64,000 bases of DNA, from assembly GCA_045660445.1 (NCBI GenBank), contig JAZRDR010000006.1, positions 1,208 to 65,207 on the forward strand, written 5' to 3'. The notes beneath the pieces are model-generated. The model was not told the origin of the DNA. It made no database searches and worked only from the letters and a program-made list of their open reading frames with translations. Both the position numbers and the translations under genes were made by a program. Position 1 is the first letter of the stretch; every line of letters starts with the position of its first letter. Source of the stretch: Candidatus Faeciplasma sp. GTDB taxonomy: Bacteria > Bacillota > Clostridia > Oscillospirales > Ruminococcaceae. This document shows positions 8,416-19,100 of the stretch, one piece after another.

Positions 8416-10053
8416 ATGACAACTACACAGACAATTCCTCAAAAGACGGTAAGAATTATTCCTGCAAAAGTAGATGTGCAAAAAGAAATAAGCAATACAT
8501 ATCGCCAACTTCGGGTTGCCGCATACTGCCGAGTATCGACAAAAGAAGAGGAACAGCTCAACAGTTACGATGTTCAGAAAAGATACTATACCGAGAAAAT
8601 AAATAGCGAACCTAAATGGTCTCTGGTAGGGATATTCGCCGATAAAGGCATAACCGGTACAAGTGTTAAAAAGCGTGATGAGTTCAATAAACTAATGCGT
8701 ATATGTAAACAGGGCAAGGTTGATATGATTATAACAAAATCGATCAGCAGATTTGCCCGAAACACAGTAGACTGCTTACAGTATGTACGAATGCTCAAAG
8801 ATATAGGCGTTGATGTTTACTTTGAAGAACAAGGAATTCATAGCACTCAACCAGGAGCAGAGTTTTACATTACAATATACGGTTCTATCGCTCAGAGCGA
8901 ATCAGAAAACATATCCGCAAATGTACGGTGGGGCAAGGCGCAAAGCGCAAAAGAAGGCAACGTTACATTTCACTACAGTAGATTCCTAGGTTATAGAAAA
9001 GGCTCGGACGGACAACCTGAAATAGTACCTGAACAGGCTGCTATAATAAAAAGAATATATGACAGTTTCTTATCCGGCGACAGTATGGCCGGCATAGCTG
9101 ATAGTCTTAATAAAGACGGCATTCCCACGGTAACAGGTAAAGGAAAATGGGAAAGAGGAACTATACAGTCCATTCTGACAAATGAAAAATATAAGGGTGA
9201 TGCGATACTTAACAAAACATATATCGTAGACTGTATCTCCAAGAAAGTGAAAATAAACAACGGAGAGCGCCCGAAATATTATGTAGAAAACAATCATCCT
9301 GCAATAATAGACTCGGTTACATTTGGAAAGGTTCAAGAAGAGCTTGCAAGAAGAAACAGCAAGCGGAAGGTTAAGCAAATAGGTACAACGACCGTAAGCG
9401 GAAAGTATTCAAGCAAGTATGCTCTAACGGAACTGCTCATATGCGGAGAGTGCGGTACCCCGTACAGAAGATGCACGTGGACAATAAACAGAGAGAAGAA
9501 AATAGTATGGCGATGCATAAGCCGATTAGATTACGGTAAAAAGTACTGCCATACTTCCCCAAGCATAGAAGAAGGCAAGTTACAGCAAGCGATTATGAGG
9601 GCAATAATGACAGTCGCTTCTCAGAATTCAGAAATATGGGATACACTAAAGCTTCACATAAGTATGGGGCTTAACGCGAATGGTAATGAAGACAACTTCC
9701 TTGATATCCAAGTGAGAATCGCAGAGATAGATTCCGAATTCGCTAAAATGCTAAGCGCCGTATCCACAGATACAGTAGATATTTTTGATGAAGCAAGGGC
9801 GACCGCTTTGATGCTTGAAAAGAATCAGCTCCAAAAACAACTTGATGAATACTTAGAACAAAGCAAAGAACGCGAATCCGCACAGTCAAGAGTGGATGAC
9901 ATATTCTCTGTACTGAAAGAGATAAGAAATCAGCCGTTAGAGTATGATGATAAGCTTGTGCGAAAACTGCTTGGATGCGTGGTTGTAGAGAGCAAGGAAC
10001 AAGTGAAAGTGGTGTTTAAAGGAGGGATGGAGGTTGAGGAGGAACTAATATAA
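8416..10053 (+). CDS. large serine recombinase
   Basis: 545 aa. AAYCRVSTKEEEQ, TKSISRFARN, recombinase domain, CGECG Zn-ribbon and coiled-coil tail. It starts 1 nt after the previous stop. Confidence 0.9.
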   Translation: MTTTQTIPQKTVRIIPAKVDVQKEISNTYRQLRVAAYCRVSTKEEEQLNSYDVQKRYYTEKINSEPKWSLVGIFADKGITGTSVKKRDEFNKLMRICKQGKVDMIITKSISRFARNTVDCLQYVRMLKDIGVDVYFEEQGIHSTQPGAEFYITIYGSIAQSESENISANVRWGKAQSAKEGNVTFHYSRFLGYRKGSDGQPEIVPEQAAIIKRIYDSFLSGDSMAGIADSLNKDGIPTVTGKGKWERGTIQSILTNEKYKGDAILNKTYIVDCISKKVKINNGERPKYYVENNHPAIIDSVTFGKVQEELARRNSKRKVKQIGTTTVSGKYSSKYALTELLICGECGTPYRRCTWTINREKKIVWRCISRLDYGKKYCHTSPSIEEGKLQQAIMRAIMTVASQNSEIWDTLKLHISMGLNANGNEDNFLDIQVRIAEIDSEFAKMLSAVSTDTVDIFDEARATALMLEKNQLQKQLDEYLEQSKERESAQSRVDDIFSVLKEIRNQPLEYDDKLVRKLLGCVVVESKEQVKVVFKGGMEVEEELI

Positions 10054-10383
10054 GTATTAATCCATTAGCGCTCAAGAACGTTCTCCGTCAAGATTCTTAG
10101 TTAATATAGTATAAAGCTCGATTTACATCCCGAAAAACAGCTATAACCTTTTCAATGTATTCTTGTTACAATTTAATCATGAGATAAAAACACTTTAAAG
10201 ATAATACTTATATCGATTAATTCTATAAATACGTTTTGAACGTCATATTTCAACTCATAATAACTTGTTTTTCATTTCCATTTAGAAATTATATGATTCC
10301 TCCTTTGGATAATCTCACAAGTATACAGATACTAACTGCAAGTAGCGCATAAAATATAATTAGTAAATTTTGTCCCAAAACTA

Positions 10384-10412
10384 TTGATTTTGTCCCGATA
10401 TCGTGATATAAT
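10384..10412 (+). promoter_or_regulatory. sigma-A-type promoter for the AAA+/S8 operon
   Basis: TTGATT (10384-10389), 17-nt spacer, then extended -10 TGaTATAAT (TATAAT at 10407-10412). The AAGGAGG RBS is at 10424-10430. Confidence 0.6.
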
Positions 10413-10438
10413 ACGAAATAGACAAGGAGGAAGATGCG

Positions 10439-11506
10439 ATGAAAAAGCAAAACGTACTAAACTTAATTAAATATCATGTTGAAAAAAATGAAAACTCCTT
10501 TAGAAATGAAGCTATTAATATAGCTAGATACTTTGACAGTATCGGAGATGACCAACTGGCAGAGTATATTATGGGATTAATAGCAGAATCAAATATGTAT
10601 ACCCCACAAGGCAGCGATTTTGAAAGTGAATTCTTGAAGCAGATTGATACTCGGATAATGGATCCGCTGAATCTTCCAACAGATATTTCCGAAGATGTCA
10701 AAGGAATAATCAATGCAGTAAACCATAACATAGGCATCAATAAATTTTTGTTTGAAGGATTTCCCGGTAGCGGAAAAACCGAGGCGGCAAAGCATGTTGC
10801 GCGTTTGTTAGATAGAACTTTATTTTGCGTTGATTTTGATAATTTAATTGATAGCAAATTGGGTCAAACAAACAAAAACATTTCTCTGATCTTTAACGAA
10901 ATCAATATGATACCGCATGCCAATAAAGCGGTTGTTTTATTTGATGAGATTGATGTAATTGCTCTTGACAGAATAAATTCAAATGACGTCAGAGAAATGG
11001 GCCGTGTTACTTCAACAATATTAAGAGAGTTTGATAGATTAACGGACTTAAATAAAGAGATTGTAATCATAGCCACAACAAATCTTTATTCTAATTTTGA
11101 TAAAGCACTCATCAGACGTTTCGATGCAGTTATTAACTTTAACAGATACAGCAAAGAAGATTTGATCGAAGTAGCCGAATTTTATTTTTCTTCGTTTGTT
11201 AAGAATTTCAAAGGTGTTTCTAAAGATATTAGACTGTTTAGAAAGATTCTAACTGTTGCACCGGAACTTCCTTATCCCGGAGAACTAAAAAATATTATCA
11301 AAACTTCTTTAGCATTTAGTGATGTTAATTTAGAACATGATTATTTAAGACGACTTTATAATAATTTGATTGGCGAATTAGAAAAAACAGATATTACTCA
11401 ACTCTATGAAAAGGGATTCACCGTAAGAGAAATTGAAAAATTAAAAGGCGAATCCAAAAGCTCTGTTTCTCGAAAATTGAACAAGGAGGATGAATCGGAT
11501 GAATAA
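10439..11506 (+). CDS. ietA: AAA+ ATPase, IetA-like
   Basis: 355 aa. Walker A GFPGSGKT (aa 107-114, nt 10757-10780), Walker B VVLFDEID, sensor-1 ATTN and RRFD. C-terminal HTH-like GFTVREIEKLKGESKSSVSRKL. Overlaps the S8 protease gene by 17 nt. Confidence 0.75.
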   Translation: MKKQNVLNLIKYHVEKNENSFRNEAINIARYFDSIGDDQLAEYIMGLIAESNMYTPQGSDFESEFLKQIDTRIMDPLNLPTDISEDVKGIINAVNHNIGINKFLFEGFPGSGKTEAAKHVARLLDRTLFCVDFDNLIDSKLGQTNKNISLIFNEINMIPHANKAVVLFDEIDVIALDRINSNDVREMGRVTSTILREFDRLTDLNKEIVIIATTNLYSNFDKALIRRFDAVINFNRYSKEDLIEVAEFYFSSFVKNFKGVSKDIRLFRKILTVAPELPYPGELKNIIKTSLAFSDVNLEHDYLRRLYNNLIGELEKTDITQLYEKGFTVREIEKLKGESKSSVSRKLNKEDESDE

Positions 11507-13736
11507 TATGCTTGAGCTGAAGGGAAAGCGTTTTGTTCAGGCGGCAAAACGCCCTGGTTCAGGTGGAGCCGCTATGAATAGCAAATCCTTGGTTACAAAT
11601 GAGCATCTGCTCAAACTGACAGCAAAATTGCAACAAATAAAACAATTCTGGGAACAAGAGCAAAAACCATTTCACGGTGTTTTGATTAGTGTCCATTACA
11701 ACAAAATAGTTGCAAAGTCTAATCGTATTGCTGGATTGTTCAAAGGTGAAGATTCGAATTTGGCAATAGTTGGTGCAAAATTTAACAAAGAGAAGACCAA
11801 GCATATTATCACATATTTCTTGGATTCATACGATCTTGATACAACAATCAATTCGTTGCTGATAGCAAACGAAATTGTTCGTTCTCTATTCAAAGACGGG
11901 ATTACTAAAGCGGTATTTGATAACAGCAAGGCTTTGTTTAATAAAATCAATACCAAAATGCATCACATGTCAAAATCGGCATTTAGGCAAGTAATTGCGG
12001 ATGTTTCTTATATTGAAGACTTTGAAGTTGAAAGAGCGCCTCAACAATTCAAAGAAAGCATTATTACGCTTTATGATACCAAGATGGACACTCAGCTTCT
12101 GTTCAAAAATATAGGTATTGATATTCTGTCAAGCCGTATTCTGGACAACAGAACTGTTTTCTTAGACGAAAATCAAGCTAAAATACTATACGAGAAAGCT
12201 CCTTATCTTGTTGCTATGGCAACGGAAAACTTATTAGATCTTTCTCCGGAAGACTTTATAGGCGGTTATGACGATGGAATGATTCATATTCCAAGTCCGT
12301 CTATTGAGCCTACAATCGGCGTAATTGACACCTTATTTGATGAAAGGGTGTATTTCAACGAGTGGGTAGAATACTATGATATGGTCGATGATGCTATTCC
12401 CAAAACCTCTAGAGATTATCGTCATGGAACTGCGGTTTCATCAATAATTGTTGACGGACCTCGCTTGAATCCGTGGCTGAATGATGGCTGCGGAAGATTT
12501 CAAGTTCGTCATTTCGGTGTTGCGACTGCTTCACAGTTCTCTTCATTCACCATAATCAAACATATCAAAAGAATTATCGCAGAAAACAAAGATATAAAAG
12601 TCTGGAATATTTCTCTTGGCAGCGACAAGGAAGTGAATGACAATTTTATATCTGCAGAAGCCGCCATCCTTGATCAAATACAATATGAAAACGACGTGAT
12701 TTTTGTTGTTGCCGGCACTAATAAGCCTAATGATAGCGTTGTAAAAATCGGTTCTCCTGCGGATTCAATCAATAGTATGGTCGTAAACGCAGTCGCCAAA
12801 AGTGGTTTGTCGACAAGATACTCCAGAAAAGGGTTGGCTCTTTCGTTCTTTGCTAAACCCGATGTAAGTTATTACGGAGGTAGCGAGGAACAATACATTT
12901 GTGTTTGTGAGCCTTTGGGTGCTGCCAACGTTGCAGGAACCTCGTACGCTGCTCCTTGGATTGCCCGAAAATTAGCCTATCTTATCAATGTTTTGGGCTT
13001 CAATCGAGAAATTGCGAAAGCGATGATTATCGACTCGGCCCGAGCATGGAATGAGGCTCCGACACCCGAAGAAGTGGCTCTATACGGTCATGGCGTTGTA
13101 CCGATCAAGATTGAGGACATTGTTCAAACTAAAGACGATGAGATAAAGTTTGTTGTCACAGACATAAGTGAAAAATGGAACACCTATAACTATGATTTTC
13201 CCATTCCTATGCAAGATGATAAATACCCATATGTAGCAAGAGCTACTATGTGTTATTTCCCGATTTGTGATAGAACGCAGGGCGTTGATTATACAAACAC
13301 GGAATTGAATCTGCATTTTGGTAGAATCAAAGACGATGGAAAGTTATACGAAATCAATGATGACAAGCAGAACCCTGACGAAGATGTGGTCGGTGCAAGA
13401 AGCTATATTCTTGAGGGTGAAGCAAGAGAGAGATTCCGAAAATGGGATAATGTAAAATATATTTGCGAAAAGCCAACCAATGACAAGCACGCCAAAAAAT
13501 CTTACAAGAACAAGAACTGGGGCATGGAGATAAAAACCAACAATCGATTAGACCCCCAAGACGGAGTGGGGATACGGTTTGGCATTGTTGTCACATTGAA
13601 AGAAATCAATGGTGTAAACAGAATAGATGAATTCGTTAAAAACTGCCATCTTAACGGATGGTTGGTTAACACTATCGATATTCAGAATCGCATCGATATT
13701 CATGAGAAAATTAATGAAGAAGTCGTTTTCGATTGA
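11490..13736 (+). CDS. ietS: S8 (subtilisin-like) serine peptidase with unknown ~270-aa N-domain and ~200-aa C-domain, IetS-like
   Basis: 748 aa. Catalytic triad motifs IGVIDT (D280), YRHGTAVSS (H312) and AGTSYAAPW (S485). No signal peptide. Later Met starts (11499/11508) are possible. Confidence 0.75.
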   Translation: MNRMNNMLELKGKRFVQAAKRPGSGGAAMNSKSLVTNEHLLKLTAKLQQIKQFWEQEQKPFHGVLISVHYNKIVAKSNRIAGLFKGEDSNLAIVGAKFNKEKTKHIITYFLDSYDLDTTINSLLIANEIVRSLFKDGITKAVFDNSKALFNKINTKMHHMSKSAFRQVIADVSYIEDFEVERAPQQFKESIITLYDTKMDTQLLFKNIGIDILSSRILDNRTVFLDENQAKILYEKAPYLVAMATENLLDLSPEDFIGGYDDGMIHIPSPSIEPTIGVIDTLFDERVYFNEWVEYYDMVDDAIPKTSRDYRHGTAVSSIIVDGPRLNPWLNDGCGRFQVRHFGVATASQFSSFTIIKHIKRIIAENKDIKVWNISLGSDKEVNDNFISAEAAILDQIQYENDVIFVVAGTNKPNDSVVKIGSPADSINSMVVNAVAKSGLSTRYSRKGLALSFFAKPDVSYYGGSEEQYICVCEPLGAANVAGTSYAAPWIARKLAYLINVLGFNREIAKAMIIDSARAWNEAPTPEEVALYGHGVVPIKIEDIVQTKDDEIKFVVTDISEKWNTYNYDFPIPMQDDKYPYVARATMCYFPICDRTQGVDYTNTELNLHFGRIKDDGKLYEINDDKQNPDEDVVGARSYILEGEARERFRKWDNVKYICEKPTNDKHAKKSYKNKNWGMEIKTNNRLDPQDGVGIRFGIVVTLKEINGVNRIDEFVKNCHLNGWLVNTIDIQNRIDIHEKINEEVVFD

Positions 13737-13875
13737 TTATACTATTCGTCGCAAATTGTACAAAGCCTTGAGATTTTAAACCATTCTGCTTAATTAATGT
13801 GTTTTTCAATATTACACAATAGCCAACTCGTCCATAAATTTAGTGCTGATTCATGCGACAAAATATAGACAATTT

Positions 13876-13915
13876 AACGGCGCTGATACTAAATCACCGC
13901 CGTTTCGCTTTTTTC
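13876..13915 (+). terminator. rho-independent terminator
   Basis: AACGGCG-ctgatactaaatca-CGCCGTT followed by tcgcTTTTTT. Confidence 0.6.
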
Positions 13916-14115
13916 ATTCTCTATACCCACGATATAGACAGCTGCTGGGCATATATAACCGCCTTTCTTACTCAAATCAGCGAAAAAGCAGTCTTACAAA
14001 CACTGGTTATACTTCACGTTCTCTGTTACTGTTCAAATAGAGATGCCACTAGCTGTTTACAGTAAAAAGAACGCCTCACACAAATGATGCTCCCAAACAG
14101 CCATACGAATTTGCA

Positions 14116-14319
14116 TTAGGTGAACTCAAGCTTTCCGGTACCACAAATCGGCATCTCAATAGAACGGTTGTAATTCTCAACAGTACAAATCTCTTTGACG
14201 GTAATGGCGCGAGACACAACAATCCCATTTTCGGAAATAGTAGCCTGAATAGCTTCTTGAACAAGCTTTTTTTTACGTCCATTTCGACGTAATCTTCTTT
14301 TAATAATACGATTAACCAT
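14116..14319 (-). CDS. 67-aa basic protein, unknown function
   Basis: ATG 14319 is preceded by an AGGTGA RBS. Sequence: MVNRIIKRRLRRNGRKKKLVQEAIQ... It lies directly downstream of, and co-oriented with, the 2-TM gene. No family recognised. Confidence 0.4.
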   Translation of the reverse strand: MVNRIIKRRLRRNGRKKKLVQEAIQATISENGIVVSRAITVKEICTVENYNRSIEMPICGTGKLEFT

Positions 14320-14351
14320 ACAAATTCACCTACAATATATTATGCGATAAA

Positions 14352-15341
14352 CTAAGCCGTGTGACTTCCGCACAACTTTGAGACAATGGACTTACAATAA
14401 GTTTCAACTGTATGCATTTCATCAAAATACGATCCATCAATTGAACCTAAAAACACAATATCTTTTTGACTGCTATACGGAAAGGCAAAATAAATACGCT
14501 TGTTTTTAGAAATGCTGGTTTGATTTCTAAAAACATATAGATCGTTAATCACCAATGCACCAAGAATTCCCGTTTTCTTTCTTTTAATCAATTCTGCTTC
14601 TATATCTCTTCTCTGCAAAAAGCTCTCTATTGCTTCTCCAGAAATCGTTGGCAAGAGTTTGGCAAGGACTCTGTACATGTCGCAGTGGAGCTCCTCAATT
14701 TCATTTGCAGAATTTATAGTATTGAGAGAATTAATAAGTTGCCTACACAATTCATGACCTACATCAGCAAATTCCGTCCAATATAATTCTTTCTGTATCG
14801 GATCGGTTTCGTTCAAATACTTATTATAACGTGAAGACACATTGCGAATTTTCTTGTGAATCGGATAGGTGAAGTAAAAATAGGTCTGTAAAATGGTGTT
14901 GATTTCTGTTCTTTCGTTTGCCGCCCCAGCAAGATAGCTCAGCTTAATATACTTACGTCCGTCATCATTTTTAATTCTGTGCTGAAAAGCTTGCATACTC
15001 TCAATGTGCTCATTTTCATCAACCACTGTAAATAATGTCTTATTAAGCGCCTCTAGTTCATCCGACGAAACAATTTTAGAGTTAGCCTTAGATTGCTGAA
15101 CTATATACACTATCGTGCATACAAAAAATATTGCAGCACAAATTGCCCACGGAATTATGCTGGAAATCAAAACGCTTTTACCTAGCCAAACTTTCACCTT
15201 TTCTTCATCGAAGTAATACATCACCAGCCATTCAAAAATAGGTTGTACAATGAAGCCTAAAACAGTAAGCGCAAAGTACCATGGTTTATTTTGAAGAATT
15301 TTTCTCATACTGTCACTCCAACCACTTCTCATATTCGACAT
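14352..15341 (-). CDS. 2-TM membrane protein with ~240-aa unknown soluble domain
   Basis: 329 aa. Two N-terminal hydrophobic helices (WYFALTVLGFIVQPIFEWLVMYYF and LISSIIPWAICAAIFFVCTIVYIV). The rest has no motif I can name. Confidence 0.7.
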   Translation of the reverse strand: MSNMRSGWSDSMRKILQNKPWYFALTVLGFIVQPIFEWLVMYYFDEEKVKVWLGKSVLISSIIPWAICAAIFFVCTIVYIVQQSKANSKIVSSDELEALNKTLFTVVDENEHIESMQAFQHRIKNDDGRKYIKLSYLAGAANERTEINTILQTYFYFTYPIHKKIRNVSSRYNKYLNETDPIQKELYWTEFADVGHELCRQLINSLNTINSANEIEELHCDMYRVLAKLLPTISGEAIESFLQRRDIEAELIKRKKTGILGALVINDLYVFRNQTSISKNKRIYFAFPYSSQKDIVFLGSIDGSYFDEMHTVETYCKSIVSKLCGSHTA

Positions 15342-15399
15342 TATTCTACAAAAAACACGAAAAATGTCAACTATTTATTAATCCGCTTATTGCAATTTC

Positions 15400-16125
15400 A
15401 ACCTTGTTTCCTAATTTTAACTTGCTGCAACCATGCTTGATGCTAGAATAATCAGTTTCTTTATTTACCGTTTTCTTGTATCCATTCTTTGCGTAAGGCC
15501 TTTGTTCGTTATAAAATAATACATACTTATCAGCCAATGTTTTGGATTCTTTTTTCAGAACGGTATTTTGTTAGGTATAGTTCTTCACGTTTATACTTGA
15601 AAGGAACGTTTCCATAACAGAATCATCTCTGGCATATGTATCTTGAAAAAGACTGTATTACACAAAGATATTCCAAATAGCTCCCAAATGCTTCGGAGAC
15701 ATACTGGTCGGCTCCATGTGAATGAAACATCAGACTTTTTGACGGTTTGCGTTTTTCATAAGCTATTCTGAAGGCAGCCTTTGTCAGCTGTATGCTGTTC
15801 TTTTGGTTGATTTTATATGCCACTACTACCTTTGCATACAAATCGGTAATGGCGCAGATATAGTAATTGATATTATTATATCGGAAGTATGTAAAGTAAA
15901 TTAAGTCGCAAGATTGTGCCACGGTTGTTTTTACTTCCAAATCTTGCGACTTTTTTTGTTATAGGCCTTGCTGTTTTTTAGGGTTTCTGGTGACGAGGTT
16001 TAACTCACCCCAAGTTTGCCGTTTAGCTTGATCGATTTTGCACTTCTCTTCTTTAGAGAGTTTCTCGTGGGAAATAGATTTGCTTAATATTGATTTGCAT
16101 TATTATAAACGCACATGTATTAAAA
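15400..16125 (-). pseudogene. IS3-family transposase relic (frameshifted, truncated)
   Basis: Track ORF 15623..15940 carries the rve core (ICAITDLYAKVVVAY...MFHSHGADQYVS...IQSFSR). Flanking frames give further IS3-like pieces (YNEQRPYAKNGYKK; SHEKLSKEEKCKIDQAK) interrupted by stops and frame changes. Confidence 0.75.
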
Positions 16126-16129
16126 TCAA

Positions 16130-19100
16130 TTAATGCACTCTAAACTCATCTAATAGAACAGCAGCGTTTTCAAACCTTAAACTGATAAGAGTTTCGAGAG
16201 TTTTTTCATATGCGATCGTCAATTCGGCATCTTGTTTTATTTTGTCACTAAATTTTAAATAAGCAAGAAGAATTAGGCGATTGAGTATCCATCTAGTATC
16301 CTCCAGATGCGATGCATTAAAGTAAGATGTTGTAAATTCTGTAACAGTAGTTGCTATGGAAGGCAAAATATTCGGAAGTAATTTCTCTAATTTCATTTTA
16401 TATACTGTTAGCATGAAATAATTAAAATTATACTTACCATATCTACCAAACATAGTGTTTAAAAACTGTATATCTGAGTAGGAATAGCTCGTAGTCACAT
16501 TGCTCCAGTCACCTTCAAATCCACGCACAGAGAGAATCAATGCGCGATACAGTTCTCGACGTACCCAATCTGCACAATTGATAGCATTAATCCTTTCTTC
16601 TATTGCAGAAAGTGTGATTTCACATTGCTTTCTGCGCAAAGGGGTCTTATATGCATCAACATAGCCAGGTAATAACGCTCCAAATACATCGAGATAGAAG
16701 TCAACGGCATCTCTAGAGAACTTTGTAAAATCAATATCGTCAAATAAAATGTTCAGTGTAAGTTCTGTATTATCAAATAATTCTTCGCCTAGATAATCTA
16801 TCACCATTCTGAATGTATATGTATCTAATCGTTCAACACGAGAATGATATGAATCTTTTGTGTTGAGAATAGTGATTATATTTCTCACAAGCGACTGTAC
16901 AATAGAATAATGAAACGGATTCTGAATGTTAATTCCACAATCAACAATACTACCAAGTGTATAGAGATCATAATCATCAGCAATGAACTCAGTCAAATTA
17001 TAGACTTCTTCAGAGTATAAATGTTTTTCAATGATTTGGTCTTTGCAGCTTACATAGCCCGGTTTGCCGGATTGTTGTATCATGTGATCTACCCTTCGGA
17101 ATTTAAAATCACTGTTATGAACAAAATCAAACGATTGTGTATCCGTATTATTCATAACGTAATTAAAACTAAATAACTGGTGTTGCATTTCATCTTTTGA
17201 AAGTGCGATAACAGTATTAATTATCGCCGTCTGTATGTTGGGTGTGACTTTTATAAAGCTTTTTGCAATACGCCGGAAGCTATAAATACGTCCATTAATT
17301 CCTCTATCCATAATTATTTGAAGGATCAAACGCTTAATTCTGTTCCTTACCTCCTGGCTTGCATTAGAATCTATCTGTCTAAAAAGAATATACAGCAAAC
17401 CGTCATCGAACAAAAAACTGCCATTATTAAAAATGTCTTCAATGCCATCTGCCCAAAAATTACAGTATGCATCTCTTCGTTTAGATTCAAGATCGGGCTT
17501 ATTTAGTGCATATGTAACCAAGAGCAAAAAATAGCCTGTATATGCAAAGGAATTCTCGGTAGCATCCAATGCAGTTTGAAACGCATCAAGATATGTGAGT
17601 ATTTCACTTTCTGAGTAATCCTCCGGGTTAACATTGTTAGTAAAATCGCTTACGATTTTTTGTATCTCCTTTTCCGGGGTTAAGATAGCAGAATGTGTGT
17701 CTACAATCTCCTTCGCTAAACCCGAAACTCTAGGAGTGATGGCCACAGTTTTGTCATCGACTTGTTCGATGTTGGGGTTTCTAAAATCCATTTGCTGTAT
17801 TTGCAAATGACTTTGTGCATGTTGTTCGTTGTTGGGATATAGCCCGTACAGATAATCTAATAACCGATGGCATGTTTTTTGTGTCCCTGCAATAAACTGC
17901 ATTTTGGCAACATACTCACGAAGGATATATTTAATACTAGCGTTCTCGGGGTACCGTTGTTTTAAATTGGGAACACCTACTATTTGCAGTATTTGCTCTT
18001 CAAGTTTTTGACTAATGGCACCAGGATTTAAATGCGAAAATCTTTCTATATCCCAAATAATAATCTCCATACATGTTGCTAAATCCAGTGCATATCCTGG
18101 TAGCTCTTTTTCAAACTGGCATCCAACATCCTCGATGATTGAAAGCATGGATATATTATTGGTCTTTTGGAATATTGTTGCTTTAATGCTATTTGCAAAT
18201 TCCGTGATGTCTATGTTTTGATGTATTCCGCTGTTGATAATGCGAAGAATCTTAGTTCTTAATAAATATACAATATCGCTAAGTAATGCAGGAAACCGAT
18301 ACTCATCAACCCCGGCAAACCACATATCACGGTTAGCCAATAGCTTCTTCTCTTCGTTTTTGTCCAACAATATTAACGTGACTTCTTTAATCTCTGTTGG
18401 GTGGTTTGTTGCAAAGTGCGAAATGCATTTGTTATTAAAACCAATTGCCCAGTACAAACCCTTCCAAAAATTTTGGTCAATCAGATTAGGGAAAAACCGA
18501 TAATCATCCGATGACTGGCTAGAGTGTTCGTAGTCTTCCGCAAGCCTATTCAAGCCATAATGATAGCAATTGGAGTCCAATCCATTTCCATAAGAAAAAG
18601 AATAATTGTTTAATTTGGTTGTCCAAAAAACATCTGCAATATTACACAATTCGTCAGGGAGATACTTCGCCAATTGCCAAGTTGTAAACTTTAATGTGTA
18701 CTCCAGCAATTCTTCCGCAACAGATTGTTTGTCACGTTCTTCAGACAAGAAAGCTTCTGTTTGCTGATTCCAAAACGAAACGATCCAGTCTTTAGAGAAT
18801 TCGGCCATCTGATATATGGGATATAAAAGCCGTGTCGCTATTTCCTTAATGTCGTGGCGATGAATATTTTGAATGTCTAACCCGATGGTTATAAAGTGCT
18901 GTAATATCTTGCTGGCTATGTTAGCAGTATAGGCCACCTTATTTGTACTCTTAGCGTAGTCGGAACACAATTTGATTATAGAATCCATGTTGATATCGGA
19001 CGTTGTGTATACGTTTTGCTCATAAATGATCTTAATAAGAGCGTCTCGTCCTTCGCCTATAGGGTGTAATAGAAGGCATGGTGCGGTATCGGTTCCCCAA

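Noticed and set aside
10075-10084. 10-bp perfect palindrome AGAACGTTCT just after the third recombinase gene, as a standalone attachment-site call.
   Set aside because: It is too short to be significant on its own, the flanks do not extend the symmetry, and I could not find a matching copy elsewhere in the window. It is kept only as a note inside the recombinase finding.
13843-14282. Short plus-strand ORFs (13843-14040, 13853-14065) and the alternative minus-strand frame 14076-14282.
   Set aside because: The plus-strand ORFs span the IetS terminator and have no RBS. The 14076-14282 frame lacks an RBS, whereas the overlapping 14116-14319 frame has AGGTGA at the right distance.
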